Source of the DNA: Candidatus Thermosaccharophagus tengchongensis
GTDB taxonomy: Bacteria > Armatimonadota > Fervidibacteria > Fervidibacterales > Thermosaccharophagaceae
Assembly: GCA_032161105.1 (NCBI GenBank)
Contig: JAVHTD010000006.1
DNA length: 64,000 nt
Direction: 5' to 3' (one strand)
This document shows positions 50,574-60,005 of the stretch, piece after piece. A program made the position numbers and the translations under genes. Every line of letters begins with the position of its first letter. Position 1 is the stretch's first letter. A model generated the notes under the pieces. It was not told where the DNA came from, did no database searches, and worked only from the letters and a program-made list of their open reading frames with translations.

Positions 50574-51710
50574 TCATCGCATCACCCTATCCGCTTTTAG
50601 ATGCCCTTCACCGCCTGTCAGTTTGAACATCTTCACTAAGTCGCCCTCAATCAGCAGCGTGCATTTTGATGGCATCGTTAGCATGGCTCTGTCGCCGCGC
50701 CGCTTTATCAAATCCACAGCCTTATCAATGTGCTCCATCGTGAGGACAAAGTTTTCCCCCTGCAACTTCTGCCACATTGCCCTTATCATGCGCCTTTGTA
50801 TGGCAAGCGGCTGCGAGAGGAAGCGCCTGCGAGAAATGCAAACATGCGAATCGCCCGCATCAATAAGCGCATCACCCAATGCAGCTTGTGTCATTGATTC
50901 AAGCAGCTCATTATCGGCACGCAGCAGCTCAACCATGCGAAGAACAGCAACATCGGCATCCTGATATAGCCTCTCCCTCAACAGCGGCAATAGCTGTAGC
51001 CGAATAAAGTTGCGCCTTATCGTCGGATCAAAGTTTGTGACATCAACCCTCGTCGGGAGACGGTGGACTCTGCAATAGGCTTGCGTTTCAGAACGCCTGC
51101 AAAACATCATCGGGCGTATGAATAAGCCATCGCTGACGGGCGGAATGCCAAGCAGACCGTGCAAACCAGTCCCGCGAAAAATGTTGAGCAAGACCGTCTC
51201 AACGATATCATCGGCTGTATGCCCGAGAGCAACCTTATCAAAGCTGAGTTCGTCACACAACGACCGAAGGAACTCATACCTGACTGCCCTGCCAGCTTGT
51301 TCAATTGACATGCCCCTCTCCCTTGCCACCTCACGCACATCAGCGACATGTATGGTGCAAGGCAGCGAGAAGGATTTTGAGAGCTCGCTAACGAACTGCG
51401 CGTCAGCGTCCGACTCCTCCCCACGCAACTTGTGATTGACATGCGCAACATGCAGCCTATAGCCATGCGATTGTGAGAGCCTCAGCATCACATGCATCAT
51501 TGCGACAGAATCTGCGCCGCCGGAAACCGCAAGCACAACGCCATCGCCATCGTTTAACATGTTAAATCGCCTTATGGCGAGCAACGCCTTCGCAACCACC
51601 GCCATTGGAGCTGGAATGTAATCCCATTCATTCAACCCCTCAACAACGGCGTTGGGCATATCACGAACGCTCAAAGGCTCTTTCAACATTCCCTTCATGC
51701 AGCCGCTCAT
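50574..51710 (-). CDS. tilS: tRNA(Ile)-lysidine synthetase (short form)
   Basis: AVSGGADS, HVNHKLRG, R.VRYEF, GHTADD..ET.LLNIFRG and RNFIR. Start probably downstream of 51710. Confidence 0.92.
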   Translation of the reverse strand: MSGCMKGMLKEPLSVRDMPNAVVEGLNEWDYIPAPMAVVAKALLAIRRFNMLNDGDGVVLAVSGGADSVAMMHVMLRLSQSHGYRLHVAHVNHKLRGEESDADAQFVSELSKSFSLPCTIHVADVREVARERGMSIEQAGRAVRYEFLRSLCDELSFDKVALGHTADDIVETVLLNIFRGTGLHGLLGIPPVSDGLFIRPMMFCRRSETQAYCRVHRLPTRVDVTNFDPTIRRNFIRLQLLPLLRERLYQDADVAVLRMVELLRADNELLESMTQAALGDALIDAGDSHVCISRRRFLSQPLAIQRRMIRAMWQKLQGENFVLTMEHIDKAVDLIKRRGDRAMLTMPSKCTLLIEGDLVKMFKLTGGEGHLKADRVMR

Positions 51711-51839
51711 ATGCCTTCACCTGCCATTGCCGATTCCGTCTCAAGACCAAGTGAAGCATTTATGGGAGCGGACATAAAGCCATCAGGGCACAGCTTAGCA
51801 CCGCCGGATTCGCAAGTGGCTTGATAGGTGTCCATGCAT

Positions 51840-52703
51840 TCAACGGCGCGATTGAGCTTGCGGGAATAACCTGCTATGGCGCTCCCTCAATTCAAGCACA
51901 TGCGCATAGGGCACAGTGATGCCACCGAGCTTGACCAATGCGCTCCCCTCATCGTGGAAGTCGCTCCCGCCAGTTATAACCAAACCAGCTTCCCTTGCCA
52001 TCCTGACGAGCCGCTCACTTTCCGCCTTTGAAATGCGCGGGTGAAATGCTTCAACCCCATCAACACCGCATTTTACGACTTCCCACACCAACTCCAAATT
52101 GCCAAAGTCACATGGATGAGCCACAACCGCCAGACCGTTTGCACGGTGAATTAGCTCCACAGCATCGGCGCAACTGACCCTCTCCCTCGGAACATAAGCT
52201 GGAGCACCTTCCCTCAAATACCGCCTAAAGGCGTCAATGTAATCTTCGGCGTAGCCCAATTGGGCGAGCGCCCTCGCAACATGCCGGCGACAAACTGTCT
52301 CACTGCGGGCTTGTGAGAGGACATCCTCAACCGTTATTCTGATGCCAAGCTGATTGAGCTTTGCCACTATCTTGAACAATCGTTTCATGCGCTGCCTGCG
52401 CATCTCAACCAGAGCCTCAGTCAAGTCATTTGAAGTGTGGTCAATCAAATAGCCAAGCACATGCACCTCAATGCCATCATACTCGGATGTGATTTCAACA
52501 CCGGGAATGACCTCCACATCATACCTGCCGCTGGATGAAAGCTCAAGCGCTTCTGGGATGCCATCAACTGAGTCATGGTCGGTTACGGCTATCGCCCTTA
52601 ACTTGCGCTCATGAGCCATCCGAAACAGCGCTTCAATGCTGTGTGAGCCATCGGAGTGAAATGAGTGAATGTGCAAATCCGCGCGCTCATCTTCGCCAAT
52701 CAT
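51840..52703 (-). CDS. PHP domain phosphoesterase (TrpH/YciV-like)
   Basis: DLHIHSFHSDG, TDHD, GVEI, HVLGY, AHP and TGGSDFH. Confidence 0.9.
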   Translation of the reverse strand: MIGEDERADLHIHSFHSDGSHSIEALFRMAHERKLRAIAVTDHDSVDGIPEALELSSSGRYDVEVIPGVEITSEYDGIEVHVLGYLIDHTSNDLTEALVEMRRQRMKRLFKIVAKLNQLGIRITVEDVLSQARSETVCRRHVARALAQLGYAEDYIDAFRRYLREGAPAYVPRERVSCADAVELIHRANGLAVVAHPCDFGNLELVWEVVKCGVDGVEAFHPRISKAESERLVRMAREAGLVITGGSDFHDEGSALVKLGGITVPYAHVLELRERHSRLFPQAQSRR

Positions 52704-52733
52704 GTTCGTGCTCCCAGTCCTCAGATAAGTGGG

Positions 52734-54878
52734 TTATGCCTCCGTGAGCAATATGCGAGCGTCAAGGACTGTTGCTCCCTCTCCCCTCTGAAAGACCATA
52801 AGCGGGTTGACATCAAGTTCCTCAATCTCATCACAATCAAGCGCCAGCTGCGAAAGCCTGCAAATGCACTCAACTATTGCATCTATGTCCGATGGCGGTT
52901 GACCCCTGTAGCCTTCAAGTATCGCTGCTGAACGGACACTTCTTATCATCCTGAGCGCATCCAACTCCATCACTGGGGCAATCCTGAATGTCACATCCTT
53001 GAGCACCTCAACATAAACACCGCCGAGACCGAACATGAGCAGCGGTCCAAAGAGAGGGTCTCTCTTCATGCCGATGATCGTCTCAACACCCCTTTTCGCC
53101 ATCCTTTGTATCAACACGCCATCAATGCGCGCCTCGGGGCACCTCTCACTAACTTGCTGCATCATCCTTTCAAACGCCTCAGCTACTGAGCTCTCGTCGC
53201 TCAGGTTTAAGATGACTCCGCCAACATCAAACTTGTGCACGATGTCGGCGGAGAGTATTTTCATCGCCACAGGGAAACCGATATCGCAAGCCACTTTGGC
53301 AGCTTCCTCTGGTGCGCTCGCAACGCCCCAGCGCATCACGGGAAAACCATACGCCTCAAGTATGCTCAGAGCCTCATCCTCTCGCACAAACCTTCTTCCG
53401 GCACCTCTAACGGCTCGTATTATTTCCCTGACACGCCCAATATCAACATCGGTGAATGGCTTCGCCTCTGCCCTCGGGCGCGTGATCCACTTGACGAATT
53501 TATACATTGCGCTGAGCGCCCTTATGGCTTGCTCCGGAAAGCTGTAATGCGGTATCCCATTCTCATTGAGCACTTTTACACCGGGCGAAACATCATACCA
53601 ACCCATGAATGTCGCCACAATTGGCTTTCCATCCGACTTTGAAATGCGAACTATCGCCTTAGCCACCTCTTCAACATCCGTCATCGCCTGCGGCGTTAGC
53701 AGGACGGAAATCATGTCCACATTTGGATCCCTCATCACCATGCTCAGAGCAAATTCGTAGCGGTCGTGTTGCGCATCCCCGATCAGGTCAATCGGGTTGC
53801 GAACAGAAGCTGCCGGCGGAAGATATTCCTTAAGCCTTTTTCTCGTTGTCTCCGTCAGGTTGGCAAGCTCAAGCCCATAGCGCATGCATGCATCTGCAGC
53901 CATTATAGCCGGACCGCCGGCATTCGTAACTATTGCCAGCCTCGGTCCGTTCGGGAGCGGCTGGTTGACGAACGCTTCAGCATAGTCAAATAGCTCCTCG
54001 ACTGAATCAACCCTCAGAACGCCAGCCTGAGCGAGTATAGCCTCGTAGACCTCGTCACTCCCAGATAAAGCGCCAGTGTGGGATGTTGCAGCTCTTGCAC
54101 CAGCTGGTGTCCTGCCAGCTTTAATTGCCAGTATCGGCTTCGGCTGCGGCAGCTCACTTGTTATTGTGCTCGCAACTTCAATGAACCTACGCCCACTCGT
54201 GAGCTCTTCAAGATACATCAGGATGACACCCGTCTGCGGGTCTTCGGCGAGCGCCACAAGTATATCGGACTCATCAACATCAGCTTTGTTGCCCATGCTC
54301 ACCACCTTTGAGAAGCCGATGCCCTGCCCACGAGCATAGTCAAGCACGGCTGTGCAAAGAGCACCACTTTGAGAGACGAATGCGATGCGCCCAGCTTGAG
54401 GCATCCTGCTGGCGAAGCTCGCATTCATTGATACGGCTGGGTCGGTATTTATCACGCCCAAGCAGTTTGGCCCGACAAGTGCAATGCCGTAATGGTCGGC
54501 AATCTCTTTAAGCCGCTTCTCGCGCTCAATTCCCTCGCCACCTATCTCCTTGAAGCCCGCCGAGATTACGATGGCGCCCTTAACTCCCTTTCGCCCACAC
54601 TCATCCAACACCTGCGGGACTATTGGCGCTGGCACAACTATGACAGCCAAGTCAACATCACCCGGCACTTCCGTGATGCTCGGGTAAGCCTTCACGCTGA
54701 GTATGGAGTCAGCCCTCGGGTTAACCGGGTAAAGCACGCCGCGATATCCACCCATCAGGATGTTCCGAAAGACAGATTGACCAACGCTGCTTGGATCTCT
54801 TGAAGCGCCTATGACAGCAATTGAGCGAGGACAAAATATCGCCCTCAAATCCTTCCTCGGCTTAAGAGCGCCAATCAT
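52734..54878 (-). CDS. ADP-forming acetate/acyl-CoA ligase, fused alpha-beta subunits
   Basis: PRSIAVIGAS, GPNCLG, SQSGA, GNKAD, SHTGAL (phospho-His), TNAGG, HKFDVGGV and ELDVNP. No GNAT domain. Confidence 0.9.
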   Translation of the reverse strand: MIGALKPRKDLRAIFCPRSIAVIGASRDPSSVGQSVFRNILMGGYRGVLYPVNPRADSILSVKAYPSITEVPGDVDLAVIVVPAPIVPQVLDECGRKGVKGAIVISAGFKEIGGEGIEREKRLKEIADHYGIALVGPNCLGVINTDPAVSMNASFASRMPQAGRIAFVSQSGALCTAVLDYARGQGIGFSKVVSMGNKADVDESDILVALAEDPQTGVILMYLEELTSGRRFIEVASTITSELPQPKPILAIKAGRTPAGARAATSHTGALSGSDEVYEAILAQAGVLRVDSVEELFDYAEAFVNQPLPNGPRLAIVTNAGGPAIMAADACMRYGLELANLTETTRKRLKEYLPPAASVRNPIDLIGDAQHDRYEFALSMVMRDPNVDMISVLLTPQAMTDVEEVAKAIVRISKSDGKPIVATFMGWYDVSPGVKVLNENGIPHYSFPEQAIRALSAMYKFVKWITRPRAEAKPFTDVDIGRVREIIRAVRGAGRRFVREDEALSILEAYGFPVMRWGVASAPEEAAKVACDIGFPVAMKILSADIVHKFDVGGVILNLSDESSVAEAFERMMQQVSERCPEARIDGVLIQRMAKRGVETIIGMKRDPLFGPLLMFGLGGVYVEVLKDVTFRIAPVMELDALRMIRSVRSAAILEGYRGQPPSDIDAIVECICRLSQLALDCDEIEELDVNPLMVFQRGEGATVLDARILLTEA

Positions 54879-55001
54879 TCAGGTTACACCTCCGCCTATG
54901 CATTTCGGCACACATGGCAATCACTATGCCGATTTGAAAGTTAAGTCCACAACGCACATGTTGAAGCGCATCGTGTTGACGAACCGTTAACAACGGTCGC
55001 A

Positions 55002-57617
55002 TTAAATTGGAGAGCGCTGTCGCATGCGCCAGCGTATTGTATCCAACCCAACTGCGAGGAGTATCAAAGCACCCTCAATTGCGTTCTCCCAATATGACGA
55101 GACATGCAAAAACACAAGTGCGCTTGCGATCGTTCCGAGCAGGACAATGGCTAACGCGCTCCCGATGACGCTTCCGCTGCCACCAAAAATATTTGTGCCA
55201 CCAATGACGGCGCTCGCAATGGCAAACAGCTCAAGCCCAATGCCGGCATTTGATTGTATCGCTGTAAACCTCGTCGCGTAGAAGAATGCCCCAAAGCCAG
55301 TTAGCGCGCCGCAGATGATGAAGCTCATACACCTTACAAGTGAGACATTGATGCCAGCGAGCCTTGAACCCTCAGCGTTACTCCCGACTGCATAGATTGC
55401 CCTCCCAAAGGGAGTGTGAGAGAGCGCAATTGACCCTAAGGCTACAGATAGTAAGGCGACATAAACCGGGATGGGCAAGTGAAGTAGCCTCACCTGATAG
55501 GGTGAATTAAACCATGCCGGCAAATCAAGCACCCAATAACCCCCGGTTGCCCAAAGCAAGCCGCCACGAATTATGCTCATCATTCCGAGTGTGACTATAA
55601 CTGGCGGTATTGACAGACCAACGCTTAAAGCCCCGTTAATGAGCCCGCAGAGGGCGCCCACAACCGTTGAAATGAGAAGTGTGATGCAAAGACCGACGCC
55701 GGCTTTTGAGAGCAGCCCACATATGATGGCACACAGGGCAAGCAATGCGCCGACTGACAAATCAATGCCGCCAGAGATGATCACAAAAGTCATTCCAATG
55801 GCTACAAGCATGCTGTATGCATAGTTGGTCAAGATGTCGCTCATGTTTGATGGCGAAAGGAAATCCGGGCGCTTGATTGCGGTCGCAACAGAAACGGCTA
55901 TAAGGAAGAGCAGGAGCATTTGCTCCCTTTTGCCGAGTGACGATAGGCGCAATAACAGGCTCGCAATCGTGCGCCACAGGCTTGCCCCAATGCGGATTGG
56001 AGCGCTCAACGCACCGATGTCGCTGTGAGCCATACTACCGCCCGCCGCGCCGGATGCGGCATGCTGCGATGTGACTTCACCGCCGGTGGCGACTCCGACG
56101 GCGAATGAAAGCACCCTCTCCTGAGTTGCCTCATTGTGCTTCAGCTCCGCTACAAGCTCACCGTCACGCATCACAAGGACTCTATCGCTCATGGCGAGCA
56201 GCTCGGGCATGTCCGACGAAATGAGCAGTATGCCCATCCCGGATTTGGCGAGTTCACCAATGAGCCTGTGTATCTCCGCCTTCGCCCCAACATCAATGCC
56301 CCTTGTCGGCTCATCCAGTATGAGCAACTTCGGGCGACACAAAAGCCACTTTCCGAGCACCACCTTCTGTTGATTGCCACCGGAAAGGAATTTGACTTTC
56401 CTACCAATGTCTGGTGGGTGGATGCGGAGCTTGCTCACCATCTCTTGTGAGAGCTCATGCTCAACACGCGCCCTCGCCACGCCCATGCTCGCAATCTGGC
56501 GCAGAATGGCGAGGGTCATATTTTCACGCACGCTCATCTGCGTGACCAAGCCCTGCTTGAACCTATCCTCGGGAACATAAACAATCCCAAGCTCCATAGC
56601 ATGAGCTGGACCACGCACACGCACCCTTTTGCCGCACCAAATTACCTCCCCATCGTCAATCGGCAATATTCCAAACAGAGCCTGCGCAAGCGAACTTCTA
56701 CCCGAACCCACCAAACCGGCTACACCAACGACCTCCCCCGAACGCACCTCAAATGAGACACCATGAAATCGCCCCTTTGACTTTAGCCCCTTCACTTCAA
56801 GGAGCGTCTCGCCAATCTTGCCCGATGCCTTCTCGTAGTATTGGTCAACTGGACGCCCAACCATGAGCTGAATGAGCTTCTCCCTCGTCACATCGGCTGC
56901 GTTGAATGTCCCCACTCGCTTGCCATCACGGAGGACTGTGACTCTGTCGGCAAGCTTGAAGACCTCATCAATGCGATGCGAGATGTATATGATGCCGACA
57001 CCCATTCCCCTCAATCTCATGACGACATCAAACAAGCGCTCTATCTCGGCTTCCGAGAGGGATGATGTCGGCTCGTCCATGATTAGCAACCTTGCGCTCC
57101 TTGAAAGGGCTTTAACTATCTCAACCAGTTGGCGCTGCGCTTGCGACAGCTCCGATACGGGTGCATCAAGCGGCAATGAGATGCCCAACTCCAACAGGAG
57201 CTGTTGAACCCTTCTTCTCGCTTCTCTCCAAGAGATGAAAAGCAACCTTCGCGGGAGCTTCCCGAGGAGGATGTTTTCAATTGCGCTCAAGTCACCGCAC
57301 AACATCGGCTCCTGATAAATCACGGCTATGCCGAGCGAGATGGCATCACCGGGGCTGCGCAAGTGCACGCTTTTCCCTTCCCATGTGATAGTGCCGCCAT
57401 CAGGTTGATACACCCCGGCAACGATTTTTATGAGTGTGCTCTTTCCGGCACCATTCTCGCCAACTATTGCGTGAACCTCACCCGTGTAGACATCCAAACT
57501 CACGCCATCAAGGGCTACGACGCCGGGGAACTCCTTGCGAATTTCGCGGAGCGAAAGGAGTGGCTCTCTTCCGTTGCCCAAAATGGCACCACTTGTAACA
57601 CCTTGCATTTGCATCAC
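55002..57617 (-). CDS. Fused monosaccharide ABC transporter ATP-binding protein (RbsA-like, two NBDs) and permease (RbsC-like)
   Basis: GENGAGKST, MDEPT, LSGGNQQKV and DEPTRGIDVGAK, then GGIDLSVG, FGRAIYAVGSN and ASAVIGGT in one frame. Confidence 0.9.
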   Translation of the reverse strand: MMQMQGVTSGAILGNGREPLLSLREIRKEFPGVVALDGVSLDVYTGEVHAIVGENGAGKSTLIKIVAGVYQPDGGTITWEGKSVHLRSPGDAISLGIAVIYQEPMLCGDLSAIENILLGKLPRRLLFISWREARRRVQQLLLELGISLPLDAPVSELSQAQRQLVEIVKALSRSARLLIMDEPTSSLSEAEIERLFDVVMRLRGMGVGIIYISHRIDEVFKLADRVTVLRDGKRVGTFNAADVTREKLIQLMVGRPVDQYYEKASGKIGETLLEVKGLKSKGRFHGVSFEVRSGEVVGVAGLVGSGRSSLAQALFGILPIDDGEVIWCGKRVRVRGPAHAMELGIVYVPEDRFKQGLVTQMSVRENMTLAILRQIASMGVARARVEHELSQEMVSKLRIHPPDIGRKVKFLSGGNQQKVVLGKWLLCRPKLLILDEPTRGIDVGAKAEIHRLIGELAKSGMGILLISSDMPELLAMSDRVLVMRDGELVAELKHNEATQERVLSFAVGVATGGEVTSQHAASGAAGGSMAHSDIGALSAPIRIGASLWRTIASLLLRLSSLGKREQMLLLFLIAVSVATAIKRPDFLSPSNMSDILTNYAYSMLVAIGMTFVIISGGIDLSVGALLALCAIICGLLSKAGVGLCITLLISTVVGALCGLINGALSVGLSIPPVIVTLGMMSIIRGGLLWATGGYWVLDLPAWFNSPYQVRLLHLPIPVYVALLSVALGSIALSHTPFGRAIYAVGSNAEGSRLAGINVSLVRCMSFIICGALTGFGAFFYATRFTAIQSNAGIGLELFAIASAVIGGTNIFGGSGSVIGSALAIVLLGTIASALVFLHVSSYWENAIEGALILLAVGLDTIRWRMRQRSPI

Positions 57618-57686
57618 CGGTTAAAGTGGCGTTAAAGCGAGATCAGTTTGCGGCAGGGTTGCCCGAAGGTAAGATCGCCATGCATG

Positions 57687-58733
57687 TTAACTCATTAACT
57701 CAACGACTCTGCCAGTCATAGCGCTCTCGTAAACTGCCTCGGCAATGCGCAACGACCAATAGCCATCCCAAAGGTCCGGACCGCCGTGAGCCTCCCCGAG
57801 GCAACGCTTGACAAAATGCTCAACCTCTTTGAGGTATCCGAATGCTCTCCTGCTATCACCGATGCCAGTCCATGTCGGTGAGAAGGAGTAAAGGTATCTT
57901 CCGGCATGCGGCGCCGCATCGGTGAAATCGTCACGCCTCTGCCAATACAGCCTGAGCATGTCCTCACAGATAAGGTGAGTCTCATATCCGATGAGTTCAA
58001 GCACCTCACAGATGTCCCTAAAGCCCTGCCTGCAATCCAAGCTGCTGAGATAAAGCTGTCCCAAAGCACCGGAGGCAAACTCAAGGTTGACAAGAAAGGC
58101 AAACTGAGTTTCGGTCACTTCACGATACAGCGCATGCACCCATTTAACTTCGCCGCCAAAGTAGCGCACCAAATCAAAGATGTGGCACAGCTGCCCAATG
58201 AGCATCGCTTTACACGGCGGCTCAATACCCCAAATGCTTGGGTAAGGACCTTGAGAGAATTTGCACCTTATGATGTGCAGCTGCCCGAACTCATCCCGGC
58301 TCACGATCTCCTTAGCCATCATGTAGACATCGGCGAAGCGTTTCATGAAGCCAATCTGACCAAATGTGCCGTGAGCATCCGCAAGCTCAGCTAACTCCTT
58401 TGCCTGCTGTGCTGTAACCGCCGATGGCTTCTCAACATACACTGGAATGCCCTTGCTCAATGCCTTCGGAGCAAGCTCATAATGCATCGGTGCCGGTCCG
58501 ATGATGAAGACGCCGTCAAGCTCCTCGCTGTCAAGCATCTCATCCATGTTCACATAGTGGCGTTTTGCGCCGAACTTGCGTGCGGCATTCATCGCCCTCT
58601 CAACAGCGATGTCGCATACCGCCACCAAATCGGCGCTCGGAATGAAGGCGAAGTTTGGAAGTATAGAGCGAGATGAAAAGTTCCCACACCCAACAACAGC
58701 TACCCTCGCTCGCCTCACCGAATCACTCATCAC
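57687..58733 (-). CDS. Gfo/Idh/MocA family oxidoreductase
   Basis: VAVVGCG, VYVEKP, GFMKRF and CHIFD. Confidence 0.88.
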   Translation of the reverse strand: MMSDSVRRARVAVVGCGNFSSRSILPNFAFIPSADLVAVCDIAVERAMNAARKFGAKRHYVNMDEMLDSEELDGVFIIGPAPMHYELAPKALSKGIPVYVEKPSAVTAQQAKELAELADAHGTFGQIGFMKRFADVYMMAKEIVSRDEFGQLHIIRCKFSQGPYPSIWGIEPPCKAMLIGQLCHIFDLVRYFGGEVKWVHALYREVTETQFAFLVNLEFASGALGQLYLSSLDCRQGFRDICEVLELIGYETHLICEDMLRLYWQRRDDFTDAAPHAGRYLYSFSPTWTGIGDSRRAFGYLKEVEHFVKRCLGEAHGGPDLWDGYWSLRIAEAVYESAMTGRVVELMS

Positions 58734-59970
58734 GCTTCACCCCCAAGATGCCCCTTGCAACGAGCATCTCACAGACGTGATCAAGCAGGCGGTGAGCCAC
58801 TTCAAGCTTGCTCATCATCGGCAAGTCCTCACGCTTGCCATCTGCCCTGATTATGGTGACGATGTTCGTGTCAACTCCAAAGCCCGCCCCTTGCCTCGTT
58901 ATGTCATTCGCCACGATCATATCCAAGCCCTTGCGGTGCATCTTCTCAATCGCCCCGGAAATCGGCTCACCGTATTCGGCAGCGAAGCCGACAAGGAGCA
59001 AATCCTTATAGCGCTCTCTAATTGCCGCCATTATGTCGGGCGTTGGCTCAAGCTCTATCACCAACCTATCGTGCTCAATTCGCCTGAGCTTGCCTTCGGC
59101 AGCTTTGACCGGTCTGAAGTCGCAAGGTGCTCCGGCACCGATGACGACATCGCAGCGTTCTCTTGAAAGCTCTTCAAGCATGGCTTCAAGCATGCGCTCA
59201 GTTGTGTCAACGCTTATGACCTTAGCGCCGCTTGGCGGATTGACATCAATGTGACCGCACACAAGCACAACTTCAGCGCCACGCTCAATCGCAGCACTGG
59301 CTATGGCACAGCCCATCTTGCCAGTTGATGGGTTGGATAGGAATCTGACCGCATCAATCGGCTCCCTCGTCGCACCAGCAGTGACAATCATCCTCACACC
59401 ATCAAGGTCTCTCTTGGGCGGCTTGATGGCTCTCTCAATCGCCTCAATGATGCGCTCAATGGGTGCCAACCTGCCCCTCCCAAGCCTTCCGGAGGCAAGC
59501 CAACCGACATCTGGCTCCACAATGATGACGCCCCTGCTTCTCAAAATGCTCAAGTTGGCTTGCGTTGCCTGATGCTCATACATGTCCGCATCCATTGCCG
59601 GCGCCACAACGATTGGGCAGCGAACGGCAAGCAATGTCGTGCTGAGCAAATCATCGGCGATGCCGTGTGCCATCTTGGCGATGATGTTGGCTGTAGCCGG
59701 TGCGACAACTGCCACATCGGCGCCCTTGGCGAGCTCAATGTGAGCCAATGGCGGCTCACTCGGGTTCTCAAACGGGTCAATGAAGACGGGGTTCCCAGAG
59801 AGAGTCGCAAATGTGAGCGGCGTTACAAGCGCTGCACCATGCCTTGTCATAACGACATGAACTGAAGCGCCACGCTGGCGCAGGTGCGAGACGAGCTGTG
59901 CAGCCTTAAAGGCTGCAATGCTGCCCGTGACTCCGACAAGTATTCGCCTCCCATTGAGCACATCGCTCAA
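58723..59970 (-). CDS. coaBC: Phosphopantothenoylcysteine decarboxylase / phosphopantothenate-cysteine ligase
   Basis: GVTGSIAAFKA, APATAN, APAM, TAGATREPIDAVRFLSN.STGKMG, VGFAAE and IVAND. Confidence 0.96.
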   Translation of the reverse strand: MSDVLNGRRILVGVTGSIAAFKAAQLVSHLRQRGASVHVVMTRHGAALVTPLTFATLSGNPVFIDPFENPSEPPLAHIELAKGADVAVVAPATANIIAKMAHGIADDLLSTTLLAVRCPIVVAPAMDADMYEHQATQANLSILRSRGVIIVEPDVGWLASGRLGRGRLAPIERIIEAIERAIKPPKRDLDGVRMIVTAGATREPIDAVRFLSNPSTGKMGCAIASAAIERGAEVVLVCGHIDVNPPSGAKVISVDTTERMLEAMLEELSRERCDVVIGAGAPCDFRPVKAAEGKLRRIEHDRLVIELEPTPDIMAAIRERYKDLLLVGFAAEYGEPISGAIEKMHRKGLDMIVANDITRQGAGFGVDTNIVTIIRADGKREDLPMMSKLEVAHRLLDHVCEMLVARGILGVKRDE

Positions 59971-60005
59971 GATCCATCGCCTCCAAATTCAACATCACAC
60001 AGGGT

